From a virus, in IMG/VR virus record IMGVR_UViG_3300013307_000002, positions 18,362-82,361 of that record: DNA of 64,000 nt; one strand, given 5' to 3'. Of the stretch, positions 7,682-16,770 are shown in pieces (position 1 is the first letter of the stretch; each line of letters begins with the position of its first letter). The notes beneath the pieces are model-generated. The model was not told the DNA's origin. It made no database searches and saw only the letters and a program-made list of their open reading frames with translations. The position numbers and the translations under genes are program-made.

Positions 7682-8080
7682 TTGATCTCTACGGCTATAT
7701 TATATGTCGCTCTCACTACTTACCATGAGGCAAGAGGTGAGCCAAAATTGTGTCAGTTATTAGTGGCTGAGACAGTGAGCAACCGTATGAAAAGCCGTGA
7801 TTTAACAGCTAAGCAGGTTGTAAGACAAAAGAATCAATTCTCATGGGTATCTGTCTTAAAGGGCAGAAGTGTTAGACAGGAATATAAAAGAATACAAAGG
7901 ACAGCAGAACCTGCTGATAGGAAAGCACTAGATGATTCAATCAATCTGGCTAATTGGGTTCTCTCTCCTTTGTATGTTTCAGTGAGTGATGCTGAATATT
8001 TCCACGATACTAGCATACGTACCCCTAAACACTTTAAACATAGGATAACGTGTGGAGGTAAGCTAGTTTTTTCTAGGTAA
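7682..8080 (+). CDS. SleB/CwlJ-like cell wall hydrolase (Hydrolase_2)
   Basis: YHEARGE...VAETVSNR...QFSW...YFH motifs. Confidence 0.85.
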   Translation: MISTAILYVALTTYHEARGEPKLCQLLVAETVSNRMKSRDLTAKQVVRQKNQFSWVSVLKGRSVRQEYKRIQRTAEPADRKALDDSINLANWVLSPLYVSVSDAEYFHDTSIRTPKHFKHRITCGGKLVFSR

Positions 8081-8293
8081 ATCAATATGGATAAATGCGT
8101 ATTCTGTAAGCAGCCGATTGGTTTGCTACAAGAAATAATCTTAATCAATTGGCGTAAGCGTAAAGGTGAGCGCCGTATTGTTATTGCTTATAGCTGCACT
8201 GGTTGTGGTGAAGATCGTATAACTGACTTCTGCCAGCCTGAAAGGCCAGTGTTCAAATAAACAACTACTGTGACGTTTTTGTGAGGAATTGCC

Positions 8294-8764
8294 ATGCGTA
8301 AATTATTGTTGTTGGCTGTGTCAGTCTCGTTAGTTTTCACCGCCCCGGCAATGGCTCGTGGCAATTACAATTCATCCTCTGAAAATTACCAGAAATATCA
8401 GCAGGATACTCGTACCCCTGAAGAGATTGAAGAGGACGAGGATTATGAAGATGGTGTTACAGATTGGGAAGATCACACTGTACCATCTCCTCAGCATGAC
8501 TCTCAGAACGCCTCTTTAGCTATGTGCGGTAAACACACTGTCTTTATAAATCAAGATGATAATGTGCTTACAGTGGATGGTTTAAGCTATCAGTTGCTGG
8601 GTTTTGATTATAAGGTAGTTAACTCAGAACCTGTTCTAATTGATCACTATGCTCTTGGCAATAAGATTGCTAACTTAGCAGTATTTCAAAACTCTAAGAA
8701 AATGATCTTCTTTCTTCAGGGTGAAAAACACTCTGTTGAATGTGTTCCATATCAGTGGAACTAA
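8294..8764 (+). CDS. Secreted/periplasmic hypothetical protein
   Basis: Classical signal peptide ending APAMA. Confidence 0.7.
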   Translation: MRKLLLLAVSVSLVFTAPAMARGNYNSSSENYQKYQQDTRTPEEIEEDEDYEDGVTDWEDHTVPSPQHDSQNASLAMCGKHTVFINQDDNVLTVDGLSYQLLGFDYKVVNSEPVLIDHYALGNKIANLAVFQNSKKMIFFLQGEKHSVECVPYQWN

Positions 8765-8864
8765 GAGTATATTTCTCATAATGGACTCAAAGCATGAGCT
8801 TAACGCTAGCGTTGGATCGCTTGCTTCTGCACATGCTTAGTATTCTTTTGTATAGGAGTTCATT

Positions 8865-9053
8865 ATGGCTAAGATTAACGTTAAAACAGCCAAAAAACCT
8901 CTTAATAATAAAGAGGATAAGGCAAAAGATCCAGATGTGAATGATGTTAAACGTAAGTTAGCAGCACTACTTCTGTTTCAACAACTCCACAAAGAGAAGC
9001 CCAAGAAAGGTAGCCTATCTAAAGTGGATTCAAACGACAAACCCTCTGAGTAA
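8865..9053 (+). CDS. Small basic hypothetical protein
   Basis: AGGAG RBS; 62 aa. Confidence 0.55.
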   Translation: MAKINVKTAKKPLNNKEDKAKDPDVNDVKRKLAALLLFQQLHKEKPKKGSLSKVDSNDKPSE

Positions 9054-9084
9054 TCAGGGGGTTTTCTTTTATCAGGGTTAATAT

Positions 9085-9360
9085 ATGTACGAAGATTTCG
9101 GTAGTATATGGGTAACAGCGTTGCTGGTTTACCTTATCGTTTTCTTTATCGATTTTGTGTGGATGAATAAAGTAGACAAAGAGAATCAAGGTGTTATGAC
9201 TAAAGCAGATTACTTTATTAATCTGGTTGAAAGCATGATGTGGCCTATCCTCTTACCACTTGAGATCATCTTCTTTCTTATCATTACAGTGTTCTCACTA
9301 ACTCTTGAGTCTTTGTTCTGGATTCGTCGTAAGGTTAAAACGCTGTGTAAGCAATTCTAG
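9085..9360 (+). CDS. Small membrane protein
   Basis: Two hydrophobic segments with a WP motif. Confidence 0.65.
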   Translation: MYEDFGSIWVTALLVYLIVFFIDFVWMNKVDKENQGVMTKADYFINLVESMMWPILLPLEIIFFLIITVFSLTLESLFWIRRKVKTLCKQF

Positions 9361-9369
9361 GAGGCGTCA

Positions 9370-9588
9370 ATGGATGCCGGGTACATTCTTACTATCTTCT
9401 GGTTTTTCTTTGCCTGCATCACATTTGGCTGCCTTGTAGGTGGTGATACACCTAAAGAGTTCATCAAGCCTACTAAGGGTTTTGTCTTAAAGGCTTGGTT
9501 TATCTCTGTATTCTGGCCTATAGCTTTCCTCTTAGTTACTATCGAATATCTTGCTAAGAAAACTTCTTGGTTAGGTGGTTGGAGATAA
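9370..9588 (+). CDS. Small membrane protein
   Basis: Two hydrophobic segments with an FWP motif; GGAGG RBS. Confidence 0.65.
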   Translation: MDAGYILTIFWFFFACITFGCLVGGDTPKEFIKPTKGFVLKAWFISVFWPIAFLLVTIEYLAKKTSWLGGWR

Positions 9589-9651
9589 AATAGTTGGTAG
9601 TGTTTATATACTATAGCGAATGGATATAGTATATAACCAGTAACTAATTAT

Positions 9652-9727
9652 GATTCTGTAGTTCAGTTGGTAGAACGGTGGACTGTTAATCCATATGTCG
9701 CAGGTTCAAATCCTGCCAGAATCGCCA
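9652..9727 (+). tRNA. tRNA-Asn(GTT)
   Basis: Acceptor GATTCTG/CAGAATC, anticodon loop CTGTTAA, TTCAAAT T-loop, encoded CCA. Confidence 0.95.
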
Positions 9728-9733
9728 AACAAT

Positions 9734-9802
9734 GGGAACCTGAGCACTCTAGGGGACTAGAATATGAGCAATGGTTAATGACACTCGTGATGGTTCCCAC
9801 CA
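9734..9802 (+). ncRNA. CCA-terminated tRNA-like small RNA
   Basis: GGGAACC/GGTTCCC stem plus ACCA end, but no D-, anticodon or T-loop consensus. Confidence 0.55.
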
Positions 9803-9808
9803 TTCAAT

Positions 9809-9895
9809 GTTGGATTACTCAAGCGGCAACGAGAGCAGACTGTAAATCTGTGGCCCATATGGGCTTCGAAGGTTCGAGTCCTTCATCCAACACCA
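9809..9895 (+). tRNA. tRNA-Tyr(GTA)
   Basis: Acceptor GTTGGAT/ATCCAAC, loop CTGTAAA, long variable arm, CCA. Confidence 0.95.
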
Positions 9896-9930
9896 AACAA
9901 TGCACCTATAGTTAATTTTTGAGGTTTACT

Positions 9931-10140
9931 ATGGCAGACTGTAATCGTTGTGGGGATTCTGGGGGAAAGTACTCCCCAAATGAAAACTCTAATAATGGGG
10001 TTTTCTGTTACAACTGTATTGATATTGTGTTAGCTGGGGGCGGAGGAGGTGACTGTAACCCTCGTTACTCTGATAACCCCGGCACAAGGGAAGCTTATAG
10101 AAGACTTATGAGCGCCCCAAACTCAGAGTACAAGTATTAA
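9931..10140 (+). CDS. Small CxxC...CxxC protein inserted in the tRNA cluster
   Basis: ATG at 9931 after GAGG; CNRC and CYNC; flanked by a 17-bp direct repeat. Confidence 0.6.
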   Translation: MADCNRCGDSGGKYSPNENSNNGVFCYNCIDIVLAGGGGGDCNPRYSDNPGTREAYRRLMSAPNSEYKY

Positions 10141-10153
10141 TCAAATATATAAT

Positions 10154-10228
10154 GCACCTATAGTTAAATGGATATAACAGGAGCCTTCTAAGCTCTAGTT
10201 CTAGGTTCGATTCCTAGTGGGTGTGCCA
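10154..10228 (+). tRNA. tRNA-Arg(TCT)
   Basis: Loop CTTCTAA, TTCGATT T-loop, CCA. Confidence 0.95.
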
Positions 10229-10234
10229 TATTTA

Positions 10235-10323
10235 GCCCGGATGATGAAACTGGTAAACATAGGAGACTTAAAATTTCCCGTCTCGTAAGAGGCTTGCGGG
10301 TTCGACCCCCGCTCCGGGCACCA
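10235..10323 (+). tRNA. tRNA-Leu(TAA)
   Basis: Acceptor GCCCGGA/TCCGGGC, loop CTTAAAA, variable arm, CCA. Confidence 0.93.
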
Positions 10324-10356
10324 AACAAAGTAACTTTCAGTTCAGTGAGATAAAGT

Positions 10357-10554
10357 ATGAACAGAGAGCAGTCCTTGCACTGGAGGGGTTGGTTAGAAAA
10401 ACAGCCCATGTTTAATGCGAGAGTTTACTGTGTTAGATGTATGGCACCTTATAAAATAGGTGAATGTCAAGAGACACTAGATTCTCCGGGTTGCTATTGG
10501 AAGGAGAGTAAATGCCCTTCATGTGGGTGTAAACTTTATTACAGCCATCTATAG
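10357..10554 (+). CDS. Small zinc-ribbon protein
   Basis: CVRC...CPSC. Confidence 0.6.
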   Translation: MNREQSLHWRGWLEKQPMFNARVYCVRCMAPYKIGECQETLDSPGCYWKESKCPSCGCKLYYSHL

Positions 10555-10584
10555 TAATACATCTAGCAAGAATAACCAAACAAT

Positions 10585-10659
10585 AGGGCTATCGTATAAT
10601 GGTTATTACATCGGCCTTTGACTCCGATAATCCACGTTCGATTCGTGGTAGCTCTGCCA
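10585..10659 (+). tRNA. tRNA-Gln(TTG)
   Basis: Acceptor AGGGCTA/TAGCTCT, loop CTTTGAC, TTCGATT T-loop, CCA. Confidence 0.9.
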
Positions 10660-10689
10660 ATTTAAATGTGTAAACTAAAGGTGGCTAAT

Positions 10690-11109
10690 ATGAAAAAGCT
10701 TTCACTGGTATTGTGTGCTTTAGCATTAGCAGGTTGTGCTCATACTTCCACCGAAGTTAGTGAGCCGATTGCTTGCAGTGCAGATTGTGATGCACGGTTT
10801 GAGAACATCAGAGCTGTTGCTACTAAGTTCTTGGGCTATACAATCACTCACGAAACTTCTAATAGTTTCACGGCTCAATTAGTAAATCTTGATAAATCTG
10901 TTGTGGTAACAAGTGCAATGAATGTATTCAAGATGCCAGAACAAATCTTCGTTGACGTAGAAACATCAGGCGTATCTGATATTACTACAGCGGCTAACAT
11001 CTCTAACCTTACTAGCCATGAAGATTTCAGAACTATCAAAGTTCATAAAACAGAGAGTGTTGTAATACCAAACACTTATACAGAAAACCTGTTTAGGATT
11101 CCTCACTAA
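10690..11109 (+). CDS. Lipoprotein
   Basis: MKKL...LALAGC lipobox. Confidence 0.75.
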   Translation: MKKLSLVLCALALAGCAHTSTEVSEPIACSADCDARFENIRAVATKFLGYTITHETSNSFTAQLVNLDKSVVVTSAMNVFKMPEQIFVDVETSGVSDITTAANISNLTSHEDFRTIKVHKTESVVIPNTYTENLFRIPH

Positions 11110-11555
11110 TGTCAATGGCTAGTAAATATAACGCTATTTGCGAGAAGTGTGAGTCAGATATGGAAGAAGGCCCAGTTCTTTATTCAGAAGTTATGGACTG
11201 TGTTGTTCAGTCTTATATCTGTCCTCTTTGTAATCATGAGCAAGAGGAGGTAGTAGAGTGAGTATCATCTGGTATCTGCTCATTCGTTATAACAAGTTTA
11301 GCGATGATGCTTTGTTCGGGTTCAGTATCATAGGTGTGGTAGAGATGATTATTGAATTTGCTCTACTGGCAAACTTTATTCTTTAGTATAAAGACCCGGA
11401 AGTATAGGGTCTTTTCAATTGACAACATGAAAGATCATTACCCACTTCCTTCTATTAGTGTTCGGTTATGACATTCCGCTGGTAGTGGTCTTTCAGGTGT
11501 TCATTGAATATCGCTTGGAATCGATAATCCTGTTTAGCCAGCATCAATGGCAATA

Positions 11556-11645
11556 GTTACAGGTCGTCTAGTGGACTAGGACAACAGCCAAGTAATTCTT
11601 AGGAATGAAACGCGGGAAACGTAGGTTCAAATCCTGCTCTGTAAC
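11556..11645 (+). pseudogene. Degenerate/altered tRNA-like element
   Basis: Acceptor GTTACAGG/TCTGTAAC, D-arm GTCTAGTGGACTAGGAC and T-arm GTAGG-TTCAAAT-CCTGC are intact; the anticodon arm is expanded and unpaired, and CCA is absent. Confidence 0.65.
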
Positions 11646-11690
11646 ATCTCAAATACTGAAAATGATACGTCTCTTCAGAGGAAATATAAA

Positions 11691-12050
11691 ATGGGCAACA
11701 AAAAATCTAACGCAGGTAAAGGTTCACTGGCAGCATACAAATCAAACAATAGCTTTGGTAAAAATAAAGTTCGTAAGCTGCAAACTCACCTGAAAAAGCA
11801 TCCTGAAGATGCTGTTGCTGCTGCAACCCTGTCGGCTGTAAGCCGTTCTATTGCTACCTCCCCTCGTTGGGGTCATAAGCGTGTAGGTAATCTGAATGCA
11901 TCTCAGCGCCTGCAAGATCAAACTGTAAGCAAAGTGAAGTCTGGCCTGCGTCAGCTCTCTTTCCTGTCTCGCCACGACAATGTTGAAATGGTTGACGGTA
12001 ACTACACCTCTGATCAAATCAAAGAGCGTGCTGCACGTAAAGCCGCGTAA
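11691..12050 (+). CDS. Basic hypothetical protein
   Basis: GAGGA RBS, K/R-rich, followed by a terminator. Confidence 0.75.
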   Translation: MGNKKSNAGKGSLAAYKSNNSFGKNKVRKLQTHLKKHPEDAVAAATLSAVSRSIATSPRWGHKRVGNLNASQRLQDQTVSKVKSGLRQLSFLSRHDNVEMVDGNYTSDQIKERAARKAA

Positions 12051-12241
12051 TTCTGCCGGGGAGCCTTTTGGCTCCTCTTCTTTTTTTTATATGTGAGAGA
12101 TGCTGTAATGATTGAGAATGCTGACGACAACGATATCCTGAATATTGCAATCGTTGCTTGTGTGGTTTGTATTGCTCTGGTTCTGTGTGTAGCCATCCCT
12201 GCTGCATACTTTTTATTTACTACTGTGACGGGTGGTGCGTA

Positions 12242-12544
12242 ATGTCAAAACCAATTCAACTTTATGCGGTTCATGAAAAGCAGGATGGCGTGCAGTGCAG
12301 TCATATCAAAACTGCGTACAATATCAATGCCCTCTTCCGTGCGCTGAATCTTCAGCCTGATATGAATGACGTAAACTCTCAGCGGTGTGTTGAAGCCATT
12401 AAAAGTAATGGCAAAATGTTTGTTTATCTCTCTCCTGAAATTAAGAAGTTTCATTTTTCCCGTGAAGCTCTTATGGAAGAGTTGATGTATTATCGTCAAC
12501 AAAAACAGCTATTGTCTGCTGTTGAGTCATTAGATAATACCTAA
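12242..12544 (+). CDS. Hypothetical protein
   Basis: Likely start at MSKPIQ after GGTGG. Confidence 0.6.
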   Translation: MSKPIQLYAVHEKQDGVQCSHIKTAYNINALFRALNLQPDMNDVNSQRCVEAIKSNGKMFVYLSPEIKKFHFSREALMEELMYYRQQKQLLSAVESLDNT

Positions 12545-12550
12545 CAAAAT

Positions 12551-13020
12551 ATTGACCATTCATATATTAAACATTTAATTGTGAATATAGAAAGTTAAAC
12601 CCTAATTATTAGGGGGGTTCGGGAAACCTAGTTTTACTAACAAAACTTAAACTATCACGAATGGTCAATCTTTTGTTAGGTAGCGCATCTGGTATATGTG
12701 AGTTATAGAATGTAGCGTATCTCACCTCCGTGTAAAGAGGGTTGTTTCGGCCCGATTGAATGCCCATGTGTGAGTGAGCATTCTCCGCACATCTATATGT
12801 AATATACAAGCCATCCAGTCTGAGATAAGGTGGTAGGAGCGCCACTGGCGACAAAGCTCCAACCTTTAAGTTTTCATTATAATACAGCTCTGTCATTCTT
12901 TTACTTTAACGTAATCTGACGACACCTTCACTGGACAGATAAAGCTGTATTCTAATGAAAATTTAGCCCTACAATAAGAATGCTGGAAACCTTGCAAGTA
13001 GGTTCGGGGCTTACAGAAAC
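12551..13020 (+). ncRNA. Candidate large structured ncRNA C
   Basis: Plus-strand ORF-free gap of about 650 bp with many long helices and a probable pseudoknot. Confidence 0.5.
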
Positions 13021-13192
13021 GTCTCCATATCCTAACTCGAAATTAGGATGAATTATATTCATTAGTTTAATTGGTAAAACATGGAGCCATTTCTATGGAT
13101 CTCGTTTATTTATATTCTGTACTTCTACTCTCCATAGGAGCGCTAATCTTTTGCCTTAGAGAGTTATTCATCCACCTTCTGAGGATCTTTGA

Positions 13193-13405
13193 ATGAAGCG
13201 TCTGTTAGTATCAGTAGCTGTTGTTATTTCACTGGCTGCATGTTCCACACCACCTGTTGTAAAGTCTGCTATTGAACGTGATTCCGCTTATCACAAAGCA
13301 GTAGATTTTTGTGGAGATAAAGATAATATCTCCTATTTTTTCTACAAACAACAAGTAGCATCCTTTAAAGTCTACTGCATGGATGGTCGAGGTCGTGAGC
13401 TATAA
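13193..13405 (+). CDS. Small lipoprotein
   Basis: LAAC lipobox; 70 aa. Confidence 0.7.
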   Translation: MKRLLVSVAVVISLAACSTPPVVKSAIERDSAYHKAVDFCGDKDNISYFFYKQQVASFKVYCMDGRGREL

Positions 13406-13679
13406 AAACTGCAATTCAGTAAGACGACACTACATTAAACAAGGTAAAAGTTTGCATACAGTTAAGTGTAAACTTAAAGAAAGTCGTAAAGCTAAGTACT
13501 TAGCTACAAGACTTCGCCTTGCTGAGTCTGAAAGAGAGGTTGATTATTATAAACGATTGATTGCATATTATGCTAAAAATGGTTTATTTGGCGGTGTCCA
13601 CTGGTATAACGCTAAATCCAATCTCATGCTCTATGCACAACAAGTTAAGGATCTTTCTCATGCTCTTGGACATGATTAA
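13383..13679 (+). CDS. Hypothetical protein
   Basis: ORF coupled to neighbouring genes. Confidence 0.55.
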   Translation: MVEVVSYKNCNSVRRHYIKQGKSLHTVKCKLKESRKAKYLATRLRLAESEREVDYYKRLIAYYAKNGLFGGVHWYNAKSNLMLYAQQVKDLSHALGHD

Positions 13680-14060
13680 AGAGTATAAACTCTCTGTCAT
13701 TTTTGGTGGTATGGAAGAACCTCCGCTGCCCCCAGTATGGCATGTTATTTCTCCATTCATCAGAGATAACCTCCCTAGATTCTCTGCCTCTAACGAAGAT
13801 TTAGAGGCTGCAATCTACGATGTTGTTGGGATGATTGACAGGGGAAGTAAGTGATTTGGATATATAACTTCTTTTGTGGCATCTGGCTGGGGGTCTGTTA
13901 CTTCTGGTTTCCTGAAGATTTCTGGACTAATTTTGCTATCCTTGTTCCTAATATGATTTTGTGGACACTAATTTTCGACCTATAAAACTGCCCTGACCAG
14001 AAATGGTTGGGGCTTTTTTTTTGTTTAAAGTATAACCCACTGAAATAAATAGGAATAAAT

Positions 14061-15281
14061 ATGACTGGTCAAATGTTCGATGTTCGTGGAAAGCGCGTTT
14101 TTACTGCATCTGATCGTGGTACAGAAGTTAGTGTGATTCCTGCCAGTGTTTACACTGTGGAGTTCAACCCCATGACTGGTTGGTATCTGGAGCGTGCTGC
14201 TATCCCTTCCCGACCGAAGCGTCTGTACGGCGATGTGGCAGACCGTGCTCAACGTATTCTGAACACTTATCATGATCGTCTGAACCAGCCCGGTAAAAAC
14301 ACAGCGGCGCTGCTGTCAGGTAATAAAGGCTCAGGCAAAACTATGCTGTCTGCTGAAGTTGCTGTAGCTGCTATTGAATCTGGTCTGCCAGTTATTCTGG
14401 TTGAAGCGGGCCACACTGATCCTAGCTTCTTTAAGTTCCTGAACTCAATCACCCAGCCTTCTATCGTTCTGATTGACGAGTTCGAGAAGAAGTATAAAGA
14501 CGATGAAGAGCAAAATGCTCTGCTCGGTCTGTTGGACGGTATCAATGCTGGCGGTAAGCTTTTCATTCTTACCTCAAACAACAGCACCGTATCTCAGTTC
14601 CTCATGTCTCGTCCGAGTCGTATCTTTTACCACTACCGCTATGAAAAGCTGGACGAAGCAACTGTGGTTGGTTACTGTAACGACAATCTGACCGATGCAG
14701 CTAAGCATCATCAAGTGAATATCAAAACTCTGTGGGATTTCTCTACAGATTTTAACTTCGATATTCTTCAGTGTCTGGTCGAAGAGCTTAATCGTTATCC
14801 AGCGATCAATTTTGTTGAATGTCTGAAAGTTCTGAACATTGTGGTTAATGGCCTCACTGAGCGCCGTTTTGTTCTGGAGAAATTCACCCTTGATGGTGTA
14901 GATATTTCCAGAAGTAAAGGTCAGATGTTCAGCATCAACGTGGCAACTTTCGTAGATGGCTATCAAGGCTTAGCTGTCAACGGATTCTTTTCACAAGAAG
15001 AAGACATGTTGCAGCTTGAACGTTGTGCCGGTAAGAGTATGTATCATCACAATATTAACTACTTTAAGCTAAAAGCTGAAACTGGTAAAGCCGCATCTGA
15101 TGATTATTATGATGGAGATTTTACTTATTATGTTAAAGCAGACCCCTCTCATGTCTCTGTTTCTGCTGAAGAAATTAGCGGTATGTGGGACATTGAAGGC
15201 CGTCGCCTTGAAGTTAAAGCTGTTGTTTCTCGCAAGTCTTCAGAGCAAGACCTGTATGAAAAAATCTTTGTTAGCAATTAA
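14061..15281 (+). CDS. AAA+ ATPase
   Basis: GNKGSGKT Walker A, IVLIDEFEK Walker B, LTSN sensor, SRPSR arginine finger. Confidence 0.9.
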   Translation: MTGQMFDVRGKRVFTASDRGTEVSVIPASVYTVEFNPMTGWYLERAAIPSRPKRLYGDVADRAQRILNTYHDRLNQPGKNTAALLSGNKGSGKTMLSAEVAVAAIESGLPVILVEAGHTDPSFFKFLNSITQPSIVLIDEFEKKYKDDEEQNALLGLLDGINAGGKLFILTSNNSTVSQFLMSRPSRIFYHYRYEKLDEATVVGYCNDNLTDAAKHHQVNIKTLWDFSTDFNFDILQCLVEELNRYPAINFVECLKVLNIVVNGLTERRFVLEKFTLDGVDISRSKGQMFSINVATFVDGYQGLAVNGFFSQEEDMLQLERCAGKSMYHHNINYFKLKAETGKAASDDYYDGDFTYYVKADPSHVSVSAEEISGMWDIEGRRLEVKAVVSRKSSEQDLYEKIFVSN

Positions 15282-15796
15282 CAAATGATGTGGGAGTTAT
15301 TGCTCTATCGTAAGCCACGTTAAAAAGTATAGAAAGAGCATGAAGAATATAATAGTCGGACTATCAATCCACGGAATGCATACACCCACAAAGTAGTATG
15401 TGGCTATTATGTTTCTTCGCTGCAAGCCTTCCAGTTTTCGGTCTGGGTTATCAAAACCGTTTAACTAAAGAGGTTAATATGTCAAAACCAACTAAAGCTA
15501 TCTGTATTTATCCTTTTACTTTTGAAGTGATAGAAAAGTCTGGAAATATTTATAGACACTCGGTTCCAGTTGGAACTATTGCAGACTTAGAGGAAGGTAA
15601 ATGGTTAATCTGGTGTGGTGATATATCAAAGGAAGTTAAACAGTATTTTAGACCACTACTGGAATGGTAAGTATTCGGTACTCATGTTATGTTAGTGAAA
15701 ATGTACAAAAGATATAACAAGAAAGAAATTTCCTCTGTTATCCACCCGTAACGCTAATAGACAATTGGATTGTCGCTAACCTGAAAGGTAATCTAC

Positions 15797-16537
15797 ATGG
15801 GAAAACAACGTAATTCTCGCAGATCTAACCGTCAAATGGATGTTGAAAACATGGGGACTCCAGCTAATGTTGAACACCTCCACCTCGTCACGAAAACCAA
15901 ACGCGATTCTTCGCCCATCGAGCCTCGCACTAGCAATCAAGCTAAATATATCGACGCTATTAACACTAAGCTCCTCGTCTTTGCTACAGGAGATGCCGGT
16001 TGTGGCAAGACATTCCTCAGTTCCGCCCTCGCTGCTGAGAGATTGTGGAATAAAGAAGTAGACAAGATTATTGTTACTCGTCCTGTACTGCAAGCTGATG
16101 AAGATCTCGGCTTCTTACCGGGAGATGTAGCAGAGAAGTTTGCTCCTTATTTCCGTCCAGTGTATGACGTATTGCAGAAGCGTCTCGGTGCATCTTTCCT
16201 TGAATACTGCTTGAAACCTCAAGTAGCTAAGGTAGAGATTGCTCCTTTTGCTTATATGCGTGGTCGTACTTTTGAGAATGCTTTTGTTATTCTTGATGAA
16301 GCACAGAACGTAACTCCTTCACAAATGAAAATGTTCCTCACTCGTATTGGTGAAAACTGTACAGTGATTGTGAATGGCGATGTTACTCAGTGCGACCTTC
16401 CAAATAAAGCGTCAAATGGTCTGGCTGATGCCCTCACTCGTTTTGGTGTAGATGATCAAGTTGACTTGATTCAGTTCACTGTAGACGATTGTGTGCGTTC
16501 TGAGATTTGCCAGAAAGCATTGTTTGCATATCGCTAA
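15797..16537 (+). CDS. phoH: PhoH-family ATPase
   Basis: GDAGCGKT, LGFLPGD, YMRGRT, LDEAQN, GDVTQCD motifs. Confidence 0.95.
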   Translation: MGKQRNSRRSNRQMDVENMGTPANVEHLHLVTKTKRDSSPIEPRTSNQAKYIDAINTKLLVFATGDAGCGKTFLSSALAAERLWNKEVDKIIVTRPVLQADEDLGFLPGDVAEKFAPYFRPVYDVLQKRLGASFLEYCLKPQVAKVEIAPFAYMRGRTFENAFVILDEAQNVTPSQMKMFLTRIGENCTVIVNGDVTQCDLPNKASNGLADALTRFGVDDQVDLIQFTVDDCVRSEICQKALFAYR

Positions 16538-16703
16538 TAACGTAAAGGCTACTTTTTGTATTGAGTGGCCTTTGAGTTGTGTAGTGAAGCACACAACAAC
16601 TAACCTATCTTATCAACCCAAAGCGGTGTTGGATGGTGTTAGCCCTGACATAATGTACTGTCTAGGGTGAGTGTATTGCAGCACTCCCCTATTTATTCTA
16701 TAG

Positions 16704-16736
16704 AGGCTCGCTACTTAACGGTAGCGGGCTTTTTTC
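16704..16736 (+). terminator. Intrinsic terminator
   Basis: AGGCTCGCTAC...GTAGCGGGCTTTTTT. Confidence 0.8.
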
Positions 16737-16770
16737 GTTTGTAGTTCTCGTAAATTAAAAGGTAAAGTTT

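Noticed and set aside
9667-9915. 82-aa ORF (and minus-strand ORF 10188-10409)
   Set aside because: They overlap clear tRNA genes.
12609-12896. Minus-strand 95-aa ORF
   Set aside because: Isolated antisense ORF in a plus-strand arm with no motif; the RNA-structure explanation fits better.
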